From assembly GCA_017518295.1 (NCBI GenBank), contig JAFWVJ010000020.1, positions 131,320 to 195,319 on the forward strand: DNA of 64,000 bases. Reading direction: 5' to 3'. Of the stretch, positions 39,601-47,417 are shown piece by piece. Below the pieces are notes generated by a model that was not told where the DNA came from, ran no database searches, and saw only the letters and a program-made list of their open reading frames with translations. The DNA comes from Clostridia bacterium. Lineage in GTDB: Bacteria > Bacillota > Clostridia > TANB77 > UBA1234. How positions within the stretch are numbered: the stretch's first letter is position 1; each line of letters begins with the position of its first letter. The translations under genes and the position numbers were made by a program.

Positions 39601-39791
39601 TAACAAGAGCTGAGGTAGCTCAACTATGTAATTTCTATCTATTCAGAGCTCCTGCCAAAGTAACTTCTAGCACAAATATGCAATTTACAGATGTTAATAG
39701 AAGCCATAAATTAATTGGAGATATTGTTGAAGCAACGAGAGAATCTCATTCATATATGGTAACATCTGATGGCAAAGAAGTAATTAAATAA
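36621..39791 (+). CDS. S-layer-type surface protein A: signal peptide, N-terminal conserved domain, three tandem ~80-aa Ig-like repeats plus further beta repeats, conserved C-terminal module with three SLH domains
   Basis: Signal peptide MKRSIISIFVLVLVFCMSAVAFA. The repeat …HWDSDxxSxQTSxTFGYPVATGxHxLYVxAVxKxG… occurs 3 times. C-terminal FRPDEGISRAEGAMVLLRIFG…, FKPNGKMTRAEFMRVIASYV… and ITRAEVAQLCNFYLFRA are SLH motifs. Strong RBS GAGGAGG. Confidence 0.8.
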   Translation: MTNTMKRSIISIFVLVLVFCMSAVAFADDYNGQEIFNLTATYNGKTLKNGETIKVYSTSPRTVSIDTNPKYVDNTLVVGYCWDGGNWNDTTGKKSISFTLPNFANGSTHTLDMEGYIEHNKNLPEGDPERYVGNTNFVTVYFKFEETTREINLKDGSKTIAHQATIQKQPGDTLTLVGTSNIGINKIQYIWNGNSSDVKTINGESGTITVPNMAEGQKITLEAVCQSKDNNWSSSKTYYIQRPAANETVTLSLSDTGSNVKATPTVTNGTFDHYEYHWDSDVTSTQTSSTFGYPVATGKHILYVKAVTKNGVKSAEKSVTVNVAEAESLTLSLKDTGSNIKATATVTNGTLDHFQYHWDSDISSNQTSDTFGYPVATGSHTLYVRAVSKKGNMSPEKSITVNVAAPETVTVSLQDKGTYVKATPTVQNGTFDHFEYHWDNDASSNQTSDQFGYPVATGQHILYVKAVTKKGTKSAEKNITINVKEEEVTGTISASVPSGALSETQSKPTSVEPGTEITVKFNPESNFTKFEYNWDDGAFQNLPSNKKISIPNFEPGTTHKLTIRGTLKNGNIVTKIYYITIPKKTLEGQVDAKLNNKTLTNGSTTTVEGNESIDLVGTPTANIKSLVYSWDNGSEQTVNGASAKTNVVAKQGETHTLKVKAILTDNTETSSKSYKFVLSGEMEDGGELDIDPWMRENDDAEGLLVALRNRSDEDKANKNFYMIDEEVIYLVDYMNAGKDISEEVKLVLNIPLSFKIVSSDGGVVDNDKKTITWTFPNGVKEKAADTKEVRLKYTALSKKTLKSEMIYPQAVIYKKTKAMDYSAVINCIYLDEDTKFSDTHEPYMYGDLEAPTFRPDEGISRAEGAMVLLRIFGENYTNVKTITTKYSDIEDTYYVARQAITKATQLNIMSGYPDGSFKPNGKMTRAEFMRVIASYVAESADKKGLELKDTDALVIYKNTSNKNHWSNPYVTLLARLNMTNASSKEKDLRVDETITRAEVAQLCNFYLFRAPAKVTSSTNMQFTDVNRSHKLIGDIVEATRESHSYMVTSDGKEVIK
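37360..38080 (+). repeat. three tandem ~240-bp coding repeats inside SLH gene A
   Basis: Protein repeats ETVTLSLSDTGSNVKATPTVTNGTFDHYEYHWDSD…, ESLTLSLKDTGSNIKATATVTNGTLDHFQYHWDSD… and ETVTVSLQDKGTYVKATPTVQNGTFDHFEYHWDND…. Confidence 0.8.
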
Positions 39792-39798
39792 CATACTA

Positions 39799-39828
39799 AA
39801 AAAGAGGTAGGAAACTACCTCTTTTTTG
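39799..39828 (+). terminator. rho-independent terminator
   Basis: AAAGAGGTAGGAAACTACCTCTTT hairpin plus a T-run. Confidence 0.75.
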
Positions 39829-39894
39829 CGCCTTTTTTGGCCCAAAAACCTATAAATAGAGAAGATCTAAAAAACATAAAAAAAATTTAAATAA

Positions 39895-39937
39895 GTTTAC
39901 ATAAAGTATTGATTTTTTATTGGGAATATATTATAAT
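39895..39937 (+). promoter_or_regulatory. promoter of SLH gene B: GTTTACATAAAG motif immediately upstream of TTGATT-17-TATAAT
   Basis: Motif at 39895-39906, -35 at 39909-39914 and -10 at 39932-39937, all read directly from the sequence. Confidence 0.55.
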
Positions 39938-39994
39938 ATTAACAGTCGGGTGCGAAAAAGCACAAAAGTTAAAACTATAGGAGGTTTTTAAAAT

Positions 39995-41926
39995 ATGAGT
40001 AACGTAAGAAGAAAGATTTCATTAGGTTTAGTTATGTTACTAGTTGTTATGGCTATTTCCGTAGCTTTTGCAGATGATTATAACGGAAAAGAAATATTCA
40101 ACTTAACAGCTACATTAGGTGGCAAAACATTAAAGAATGGTGAAACAGTTGAAATATCACCTGATTCATCTAGAACAATTAATATTACAACAAATCCAAA
40201 GTATGTAGATAATACTTTAGTAATAGGATATGCTTGGGATGGTGGAGAATGGAATGATGCAACAGGAAGTGCTACAAGATCATTTACTATTCCAAATTTT
40301 GCTACTGGTACTCAACACCATGTAGATATGGAAGCATATATTGAACACAATAAAGATTTACCAGAAGGTAGTGCAGACAGATATGTTGGTAACTCAAACT
40401 TTGTAACAGTTTATTTTAACTTTGTTGATAAGGTTGCTACTAACGTAGAAGTAAATGTTAAAGATGGAAACACAACTCTTGCTCACAAATCAACAGTAGA
40501 AAAAGAACCAGGAACAACTTTAACAGCTACTGGTTCAACAAATGTTGGAACAATTGATAAATTCCAATACATTTGGGATGGAAACAAAAATGATGTTAAG
40601 ACAATTAATGGTTCTACAGGAACAATTACAATTCCAAACGGAGAAGCAGGAAAAACAAAAACACTTGAAATTACTGCACATTCAACAGATGGAGTTTGGT
40701 CTCCAAGCAAAACATATTATATTAAACTTAAATCAACAAAACCAATTGATGATGAATTAATCATTGAAGATTGGATGAAAGAAAACAAAGATATCGAAGC
40801 ATTAGCAGTTTCTTTAAGAAACGATAGCGATGAATATGAAAAATCTAACAAAAATATGTACGCTTTAAAAGAAGAAGTTGTTTACTATGTAGATTACAAA
40901 AATGGTGGAAAAGATATTAATAACGAAGTTAAACTAGTTCTTGAATTACCACTTGATTTTGATGTAGTAGATGCTTTTGGCGGAACAGTAGACAAAGAAA
41001 AGAAGACAATTACATGGACATGGCCTGATGGATTAGAAAAAGGACAATCAGGAACAAAAGTAGTTAAGATTAAATATGTTGCACTTAGCAAATCAAGCAA
41101 AAAATCTGAAACTATTTACCCAGTAGCAAAGATTTATGTTTCAAACTCTAAGACACCAAAGGATACATCAGCTGTTATCAATTTAATTTTCAAAGATGAA
41201 GATACAGAAATTGCTGATGAACATTATCCATACATGATTGGTGACTTAATGGAAGATAAATCTATTACACCAACATTTAGACCAGATGAAAGCATTTCTA
41301 GAGCAGAAGGTGCTTTAGTTCTTGCAAGAATTTTTGGTATTAACTATACAGGTACACAAGTTGCTGGAAATGAATTTTCAGATCTTAAAGATACTTATTT
41401 ATCAGCACAACAAGCTATCGTTGCAAGTTCTAAGATGGGCTTAATTTCTGGTTTCCCAGATGGCACATATAGACCAAACGATAAGATGACAAAAGCTCAA
41501 TTTATGAGAATTATAGCAAGCTATGTAGAAGTTAGAGCTGAAGAAGATGATGTTAAAGGATTAGAAATCAAAGAAGATGATATGGCAATTAAAGTTTATA
41601 AAAATCCTACAAATGTTTATATGACAGGTTCTACATCTACAACAAATCATTGGGCAATTCCATATGTTACATTACTAGTAAGAATTAATATGACTCCAGT
41701 TACAAGCTCACACAAAGATTTAGGATTAGATGAAGAAATTACAAGAGCAGAAGTTGCTCAATTAGTAAACTTCTTCTTATTTAGAGCACCAGCTGAAGAA
41801 GGAAAAGTTCAATTTAGTGATGTTTCAAAGAATCACAAATTATATAGAGATATACTTGAAGCTACAATGCCTGCTCATTCATACACATTAACACATGAAG
41901 GCACAGAAGTTAGAGTAGATGACTAA
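39995..41926 (+). CDS. S-layer-type surface protein B (paralog of A; shorter repeat cassette; three C-terminal SLH domains)
   Basis: N-terminal ~130 aa and C-terminal ~330 aa are highly similar to gene A (FADDYNG[QK]EIFNLTAT…KTLKNGET… / …FRPDE[GS]ISRAEGA[ML]VL[LA]RIFG…). Signal peptide present. Confidence 0.8.
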   Translation: MSNVRRKISLGLVMLLVVMAISVAFADDYNGKEIFNLTATLGGKTLKNGETVEISPDSSRTINITTNPKYVDNTLVIGYAWDGGEWNDATGSATRSFTIPNFATGTQHHVDMEAYIEHNKDLPEGSADRYVGNSNFVTVYFNFVDKVATNVEVNVKDGNTTLAHKSTVEKEPGTTLTATGSTNVGTIDKFQYIWDGNKNDVKTINGSTGTITIPNGEAGKTKTLEITAHSTDGVWSPSKTYYIKLKSTKPIDDELIIEDWMKENKDIEALAVSLRNDSDEYEKSNKNMYALKEEVVYYVDYKNGGKDINNEVKLVLELPLDFDVVDAFGGTVDKEKKTITWTWPDGLEKGQSGTKVVKIKYVALSKSSKKSETIYPVAKIYVSNSKTPKDTSAVINLIFKDEDTEIADEHYPYMIGDLMEDKSITPTFRPDESISRAEGALVLARIFGINYTGTQVAGNEFSDLKDTYLSAQQAIVASSKMGLISGFPDGTYRPNDKMTKAQFMRIIASYVEVRAEEDDVKGLEIKEDDMAIKVYKNPTNVYMTGSTSTTNHWAIPYVTLLVRINMTPVTSSHKDLGLDEEITRAEVAQLVNFFLFRAPAEEGKVQFSDVSKNHKLYRDILEATMPAHSYTLTHEGTEVRVDD

Positions 41927-41943
41927 TTTATAGTATAGAATAA

Positions 41944-41978
41944 TAAAACCCCGTATGCTTTTGCATACGGGGTTTTTG
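41944..41978. terminator. bidirectional rho-independent terminator
   Basis: AAAACCCCGTATGCTTTTGCATACGGGGTTTT lying between convergent genes. Confidence 0.8.
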
Positions 41979-41985
41979 TTGGGAT

Positions 41986-42936
41986 TCAACGATGACCAGT
42001 GCCGCTACCAGTGTTTCCGGTAGGAGAACGATGGCCGGTACCACTACCAGACTCAGTGTTCTGAGTGGTGGGAGTACGATGACCAGTGCCGCTACCAGAT
42101 TCGCTGGGCTGAGAGGTCCAACCAGTGAAGTTGTCTCCACCAGTCTGAGCATTTCCGTTGTCGGAGCCGCTCGTGGACTCGCTACCAGTGGGGGTACGAT
42201 GACCAGTGCCGGAACCCGTTTCCTCAGTGTGAGTGGGTTCACGATGACCGGTACCAGTACCAGTTTCTTCTTCAGGAGTAGTTTCTTCAACTACTTCTTC
42301 AGTAGGAACTTTTTCCTCAGGCTGGGTAGCCGTGGTCGGAGTATGGAGCACGGTCTGCTCCAGAAGTTCGAGACCATACACGCGCTCACCATCTTTGATG
42401 ATGAAGCTAACGCGAACGGCCCGGCCGCCAAGATTGCCTTCCAGGACAGTAGTCGTATGCTTGCGAGCATTACGATTCCAAATCCTGTGGCTCATCTGAC
42501 CTTCATAGCCTTTCTTGGTAGAAGCAAACAAAGTTGCATCGAAGCAGCTCTGAGCGTCCCCACCAAAAGCTTCGTAAGCTTCCTGGTCGAACCAGTAAGC
42601 ATTCACGAAGTTGTAAGACTTGAGATTACCAGCAGTGGTGAACCGGATTTTCCGATCCAATCTGTTGGTACCGAGGCAGTTAGCCGTGGCAGTAGAAGCT
42701 TTGACATAGGAAGACTTTTGCTTCATGTCAGCAGCTTCACTACGCTCGAGTTCAACCTTTTCAGTGAAGAATCCACCAAAGATTCTATCTTCACGGTTCT
42801 TTTTGGCAGCAAGTACTTCGATAGAAGTGTTTTCACACTTAATGCAGAAGTCTTCCGCCAGTGCGGTCGTAAAGCAAGCGAGAATCAGAGAAACCAGAAC
42901 CATGGAGATCTTGATGGTGTTACGAGCAGTATTCAT
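41986..42936 (-). CDS. GC-rich secreted repeat protein 1: signal peptide, ~200-aa N-domain, Thr/Pro/Glu linker, C-terminal (G)TGHR and GGDNFTGW repeats
   Basis: Start ATG at 42936 (MNTARNTIKISMVLVSLILACFTTALA) with AAAGGA RBS. The upstream in-frame extension in the ORF track lacks an RBS. Codon usage is far GC-richer than the surrounding genes. Confidence 0.65.
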   Translation of the reverse strand: MNTARNTIKISMVLVSLILACFTTALAEDFCIKCENTSIEVLAAKKNREDRIFGGFFTEKVELERSEAADMKQKSSYVKASTATANCLGTNRLDRKIRFTTAGNLKSYNFVNAYWFDQEAYEAFGGDAQSCFDATLFASTKKGYEGQMSHRIWNRNARKHTTTVLEGNLGGRAVRVSFIIKDGERVYGLELLEQTVLHTPTTATQPEEKVPTEEVVEETTPEEETGTGTGHREPTHTEETGSGTGHRTPTGSESTSGSDNGNAQTGGDNFTGWTSQPSESGSGTGHRTPTTQNTESGSGTGHRSPTGNTGSGTGHR

Positions 42937-43114
42937 TTTGACGATCCTTTCTTTTTTTGGCTCTTGGCCATAATTTTTTTCCCAACAAATGAGTGTATAT
43001 ACAATTGTATTCCACACAAAATAAGCTAAATGCAAATGCAAAATAGCTAGAAAATGTGGCTGTTGATTGTTTTCCACGTTTACAAATGTTGGTACTAAAC
43101 AATATTATATCACA

Positions 43115-43128
43115 AATTTACATAAAAG
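43115..43128. promoter_or_regulatory. AAATTTACATAAAAG motif; on the minus strand it reads TTTTATGTAAATTTGTGATATAAT, i.e. motif at -35 with an extended -10
   Basis: Directly upstream (minus strand) of GC-rich gene 1. Confidence 0.55.
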
Positions 43129-43151
43129 TCACTAAAATAGCCCAATTAAAG

Positions 43152-43190
43152 GCAAAAATAAGAGGCTTTGCACAATTGTGCAAAGCCTCA
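43152..43190 (-). terminator. rho-independent terminator of GC-rich gene 2
   Basis: GAGGCTTTGCACAATTGTGCAAAGCCTC hairpin with a T-run on the minus strand. Confidence 0.75.
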
Positions 43191-43211
43191 TGGAACTTCC
43201 TATAGATTAGA

Positions 43212-44396
43212 TTATGAACCCCAACCAGTGAAGTTATCTCCACCGGTCTGTCCGTTTCCGTTGTCCTGACCAGAAGTTTCAGGCGTGTTCTGGGGAGCGG
43301 CTTCTTCAGTAGAATGTCCACCGCGATGACCAGTTCCTTCGCCAGAGGCTTCAGGAGTGTTCTGCGGTGCAGCGGTCTCCTGAGTGGTAGGCCGATGACC
43401 AGTTCCTTCGCCAGAGGGTTCGGGAGTCTGCTGCGGAGCAGCAGTTTCCTGGGTGGTAGGCCGATGGCCAGTTCCAGTACCAGGATCAGTCGGTTCCGGA
43501 GCCCGGGTGGGCTGAGGAGTAGGCTGACTCGTGGGAACCGCAGTGGGTTCGGGAGTGGGCGCCTGAGTGGGCTGCGGGGTCGGTGCATTGGTCGGCTCAG
43601 CCGTAGGCACGGGCGTAGGAGCCTGTGTGGGCTGCGGCGTGGGGGCCGGCGTAGCAGTCGGTTCCGCAGTGGGTTCAGGAGTGGGTGTGGACGGAGGCCG
43701 ATGACCAGTTCCACCGGGGGTGGGGGTCGGAGTCGGCTCCTGGGTAGGAACGGGCGTCGGTTCCTGGGTAGGAACAGGCGTCGGTTCCGTTGTGGGTGCA
43801 GGGGTAGGTGCTACCGTGGGTTGGGGCGTGTTCTGCGGCTTGGAAGAACCACTGCCTTTTGTGCAGAGGGTCCACTCAAGATCCTGCCGAACATAAACGT
43901 TCCAGTACTGGTTGCTCTTTTTGCCCATCTGAAGCTTTACAACCGGCTTAAAAGTCGACTGATATTTCTCCAGATGAACAGAGGATGCATTGCGGTCAAT
44001 GGTCAGAATCCGTTCTACTACGACATCGCAGATATCCTGTTTTGTCAGAGAGGGAATCTGGTCCATTGGAATACCGGTCAGCTGTGAAAAAAGTTCCGCG
44101 TCAACGATTGAAGCATCAAGAATGTCAATCGTTGATTCCCAATCATGACCTAACTCAAGACCAACGTTCTTACCGGTAGAGCCGGTATAAAAACCATTGG
44201 CAGCATGTTTGGCCATGCTGGTCTGCTTTGTAACCTTGGTATTCTGAATTGTCCCGGTGAGGGGCGTACCAGCGACGACATCAAAGATGCCGCTTTTGCA
44301 TGCGGGAATCCGCATGGTTTCAGCCATCGCAGATGCGATGGAGAAAATAGAAACAATGATCCCAGTCAAGATAGCAATCCTCTTAGCCTTAGCCAC
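43212..44396 (-). CDS. GC-rich secreted repeat protein 2: signal peptide, N-domain, long PT-rich linker, (G)TGHR repeats, C-terminal [10 protein letters not shown]
   Basis: GTG start at 44396 ([25 protein letters not shown]) preceded by AAAGGAA. PT linker [23 protein letters not shown]…. TGHR occurs 5 times. Foreign codon usage. Confidence 0.65.
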   Translation of the reverse strand: MAKAKRIAILTGIIVSIFSIASAMAETMRIPACKSGIFDVVAGTPLTGTIQNTKVTKQTSMAKHAANGFYTGSTGKNVGLELGHDWESTIDILDASIVDAELFSQLTGIPMDQIPSLTKQDICDVVVERILTIDRNASSVHLEKYQSTFKPVVKLQMGKKSNQYWNVYVRQDLEWTLCTKGSGSSKPQNTPQPTVAPTPAPTTEPTPVPTQEPTPVPTQEPTPTPTPGGTGHRPPSTPTPEPTAEPTATPAPTPQPTQAPTPVPTAEPTNAPTPQPTQAPTPEPTAVPTSQPTPQPTRAPEPTDPGTGTGHRPTTQETAAPQQTPEPSGEGTGHRPTTQETAAPQNTPEASGEGTGHRGGHSTEEAAPQNTPETSGQDNGNGQTGGDNFTGWGS

Positions 44397-44520
44397 TTTG
44401 TAATTCCTTTCTGGAGGCGTGTCGCATCTAGGCAACACTTGGTTATCATTAGACCCCCTACAATCATGGATAAAGAGAAAACCACCTGGTACCACATAAC
44501 CTATAAAAATCCCTTAAATG

Positions 44521-44613
44521 GGCATACCAATTGTTATTACCCAAATACGCGATCTTTAAACGCCGAAGCATAAAAAAGATCCACGAAAATGTGGAATAAC
44601 AATTGGTATACCC
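44521..44613 (-). promoter_or_regulatory. long inverted repeat (15-16-bp arms, ~55-nt loop) in the 5' leader of GC-rich gene 2
   Basis: cATACCAATTGTTATTa … gGAATAACAATTGGTATac. It lies between the candidate promoter motifs (44655-44690) and the start at 44396. Confidence 0.4.
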
Positions 44614-44654
44614 ACCATCGAGATTATTTAAGTTAGCATATTTATTATACAATA

Positions 44655-44690
44655 AATTTACATAAAATTCAATATATTTTACATAATTTT
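44655..44690. promoter_or_regulatory. two tandem motif copies AAATTTACATAAAATT / TTTTACATAATTTT in the divergent promoter region
   Basis: Exact instances in the 617-bp intergenic region between GC-rich gene 2 (-) and SLH gene C (+). Confidence 0.5.
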
Positions 44691-44882
44691 TGTTTATTTT
44701 TTACCTAATTTTTGCTTATATATAGCCAGTTTGACTTATAATAGGTTACTGTATTATTTAAACCAGATTTTGGAGAAAAAATAGAATAAAAAAGTAAAAA
44801 AATCACATCAAAATATTATAAGATTTTATAAAAAAATATGTTCAAAAAGTTGCTTTAAATTTATCCCAAAACTACGGATGAT

Positions 44883-44940
44883 AAAGTTACATAAAATTAT
44901 TACAAAAATATTACAAAAACTATTGCTTTTTTACATAATC
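44883..44940. promoter_or_regulatory. motif copies AAAGTTACATAAAATT and TTTTTTACATAATC upstream of SLH gene C
   Basis: Exact instances. Followed by TGATATTATGTG (extended -10-like). Confidence 0.5.
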
Positions 44941-45013
44941 CGTGATATTATGTGCAACGCACCCCTAGAAAAGGGGAAAACAGTAATAAGATAAGAAATT
45001 ATAGGAGGTTTTT

Positions 45014-47209
45014 TTGATTATGAGTAACTTAAAAGCAAAAGTTTCTTTATTCGTTGTGATGTTACTTATCGTAAGTGCTTTTTCAGTAGCATTTGCTGGT
45101 GACTATATTATGAACTTATCTGTATCATATAATGGTGAAACTCTACAAGATAGAGAATCAATCGAATTATATAATTCTGATAAAAATAGAACATTAACAA
45201 TCACAACAGACGCAAAGTACGTAGATGATTCTTTAACAATTTATTGGTCAAGAAGTGGTGGACCAGTATTTGAAAAGCTTTCTACAGGAAAGAAATCAGC
45301 TACATTCACAATTCCTGCTGACTTAACAGAAGGAAATGCAACACAATTCGTATTCGAAGCAGTTTCAAATGACTTCGGTAACAACTTCGTAGGTAATTCA
45401 AACGCAGTTCGTGTTTGGGTAAATTGTCCTAAGGAAGAAGACGTTAATGTAACAGCTAACTTAGAATACAATGGTAAAACAATTGAACACTTAGACACAA
45501 TTAGATGTGCTGAAGGCGACACACTTAGAATTGTTGGTAATTCAAACATTGGTGTTAAACTTGTTGCATACAAATGGGACAACGGTTCAATCGTTGAAAT
45601 TGATGGATCAAGTGCAAACATCAAAGTTCCAGCTTTAGGCGAAGGTAAAAAATTATCTATCGTAGCACAAGCTAAAGATGGTAAATGGTCAAATAGTAAA
45701 ACATTTACAGTTCTTCCAAAAGCTGAAGAAGATGAAACAACAATCGAAGCTTATTTAAGAAAAGATGGCGTTGTTGTTGAAAACAGAGCTACAATCGAAG
45801 TAGGTGAAGGAACAAAATTAGTTGTTTCTGGAACATCTAACAAAGGTGTTAAATTAGTATCATACAAATGGGGTAACGGAAACGTTGTTGAAATCAATGG
45901 TTCAAGTGCTACAATCCCAGTTCCAGCAGATTTAGGAGATGGATTAACACTTGGTATCACAGCTCAAGCTACTGATGGTAAATGGGCTAACAGCAAGACT
46001 TTCACAGTTAAAGCTGGATCTTCAGTAGAACCAATCGAACCAGAAGATGATGACGATGATGAATTAATCATTGAACCATGGATGAAAGAAAATGATGACT
46101 TAAATAAATTAGCAGTTTCTTTAAGAAGTGAACCATATGAAAACGAAGACAGAGCAAACAAAAACATTTATGCATTAAATGAAAAAGTTGTTTACTATGT
46201 TGATTACAAAAATGGTGGAAAGAAAACTGATAAAGAAGTTAAATTAGTTCTTGATTTACCTCTTGCTGCTACAGTTGTAAACAGCGATGGTGGTTCAGTA
46301 TCTAAGAAAGATGGAACAATCACTTGGACATTCAAGAATGGTTTAGATAAAGAAGAATCTGGAACAAAGACAGTAGTTGTTAAGTACACATCTTTAGGTA
46401 GTTCAAAAGCTACATTTAAGAGAATTACTCCAAAAGCTACAATTTTCCAAGATGGTAAAAAGAAAGATTTATCAGCAGTTATTAACCTAATCGTTAAAGA
46501 TTTCGATGTTGAAATTAAAGACGAACATGATCCATATATGTATGGTGATTTAGGTACTGGTACATTCCGTCCAGATGATACAATCACAAGAGCTGAAGGT
46601 GCTTTAGTTCTTACAAGAATTTTTGGTATCTCTACTTCTAACGATAACAATACATATGATTTCCCTGATTTAAATGAAACATATGTATCAGCTAGAAGAG
46701 CTATTAGAGCTGCTAGAGCATATGGTCTTATCGAAGGATTCCCAGATGGAAATTACTATCCAAATAAGACAATGACAAGAGCTGAATTCATGACAATCAT
46801 CGCTCGTCAATTAGAAGAAGAAGAGGGCGACGGATTCGAAGTTAAAGAAGCTGACGATCTAATTAAGATTTATAAAGATAAAACAAAAGTATACTATCTA
46901 GACAACAATGAAACATATGATGCTCATTGGGCTGCTGGATATGCTACATTACTTTGCAGATTAAACATGGCTCCTGTATCTGAAAAGAATACAAACTTAA
47001 GACTTGATCAACCTATTTCAAGAGCTGAAGTTGCTCAATTAGTAAACTTCTACTTATTAAGAGCTCCAGCTGAAGTAACAAAATCAACAAAGATTGGATT
47101 CCCAGATGTTAATAGAAACCATAAATTAATCGGTGATATCGTTGAAGCTACAAGAGCTTCTCACACATGGTCTCTAAATGAAGATGGAGAAGAAGTTGAA
47201 GAAGATTAA
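45014..47209 (+). CDS. S-layer-type surface protein C (paralog; three ~95-aa tandem Ig-like repeats; three C-terminal SLH domains)
   Basis: Signal peptide. Repeats …Y(K)WDNG(S)xVEIxGSSAxIxVPAxxGxGxxLxIxAQAxDGKWxNSKTFTV occur 3 times. C-terminal module and SLH motifs are shared with genes A and B. RBS AGGAGG. Confidence 0.8.
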   Translation: MIMSNLKAKVSLFVVMLLIVSAFSVAFAGDYIMNLSVSYNGETLQDRESIELYNSDKNRTLTITTDAKYVDDSLTIYWSRSGGPVFEKLSTGKKSATFTIPADLTEGNATQFVFEAVSNDFGNNFVGNSNAVRVWVNCPKEEDVNVTANLEYNGKTIEHLDTIRCAEGDTLRIVGNSNIGVKLVAYKWDNGSIVEIDGSSANIKVPALGEGKKLSIVAQAKDGKWSNSKTFTVLPKAEEDETTIEAYLRKDGVVVENRATIEVGEGTKLVVSGTSNKGVKLVSYKWGNGNVVEINGSSATIPVPADLGDGLTLGITAQATDGKWANSKTFTVKAGSSVEPIEPEDDDDDELIIEPWMKENDDLNKLAVSLRSEPYENEDRANKNIYALNEKVVYYVDYKNGGKKTDKEVKLVLDLPLAATVVNSDGGSVSKKDGTITWTFKNGLDKEESGTKTVVVKYTSLGSSKATFKRITPKATIFQDGKKKDLSAVINLIVKDFDVEIKDEHDPYMYGDLGTGTFRPDDTITRAEGALVLTRIFGISTSNDNNTYDFPDLNETYVSARRAIRAARAYGLIEGFPDGNYYPNKTMTRAEFMTIIARQLEEEEGDGFEVKEADDLIKIYKDKTKVYYLDNNETYDAHWAAGYATLLCRLNMAPVSEKNTNLRLDQPISRAEVAQLVNFYLLRAPAEVTKSTKIGFPDVNRNHKLIGDIVEATRASHTWSLNEDGEEVEED

Positions 47210-47243
47210 AATAATCAAATAAGATTATTCTATAGTTTTAATG

Positions 47244-47282
47244 CAAAAAGCTACAAGTATTTATACTTGTAGCTTTTTGTTT
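47244..47282 (+). terminator. rho-independent terminator
   Basis: AAAAGCTACAAGTATTTATACTTGTAGCTTTTT. Confidence 0.8.
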
Positions 47283-47294
47283 TGTAAAAAATCG

Positions 47295-47350
47295 TAATGG
47301 CGACCAGTGGTCGCCGATACAAAACCATACCGGCGAGCATTGCTCGCCAT
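47295..47350. repeat. two REP-like palindromic units
   Basis: gtaatggcgaccagtggtcgccgatac and ccggcgagcattgctcgccat. Confidence 0.75.
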
Positions 47351-47359
47351 TTTTAATGC

Positions 47360-47397
47360 AAAAAAAATCCCCACGGAGCAAAGTGCTCCATGGGGGT
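47360..47397 (-). terminator. rho-independent terminator of GC-rich gene 3
   Basis: CCCCACGGAGCAAAGTGCTCCATGGGGG with a T8 run on the minus strand. Confidence 0.8.
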
Positions 47398-47417
47398 CGG
47401 TCAGAAAGGTTAAAAGC

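Noticed and set aside
41992-43029. 345-aa + strand ORF antisense to GC-rich gene 1
   Set aside because: Artefact of stop-codon-poor GC-rich DNA. No RBS. The Arg/Ser/Thr-rich low-complexity translation mirrors the real minus-strand gene.
43314-44087. 257-aa Arg-rich + strand ORF antisense to GC-rich gene 2
   Set aside because: Same artefact. The translation is poly-Arg/Gly/Ser with no RBS, and the minus-strand gene has a signal peptide and a proper RBS.
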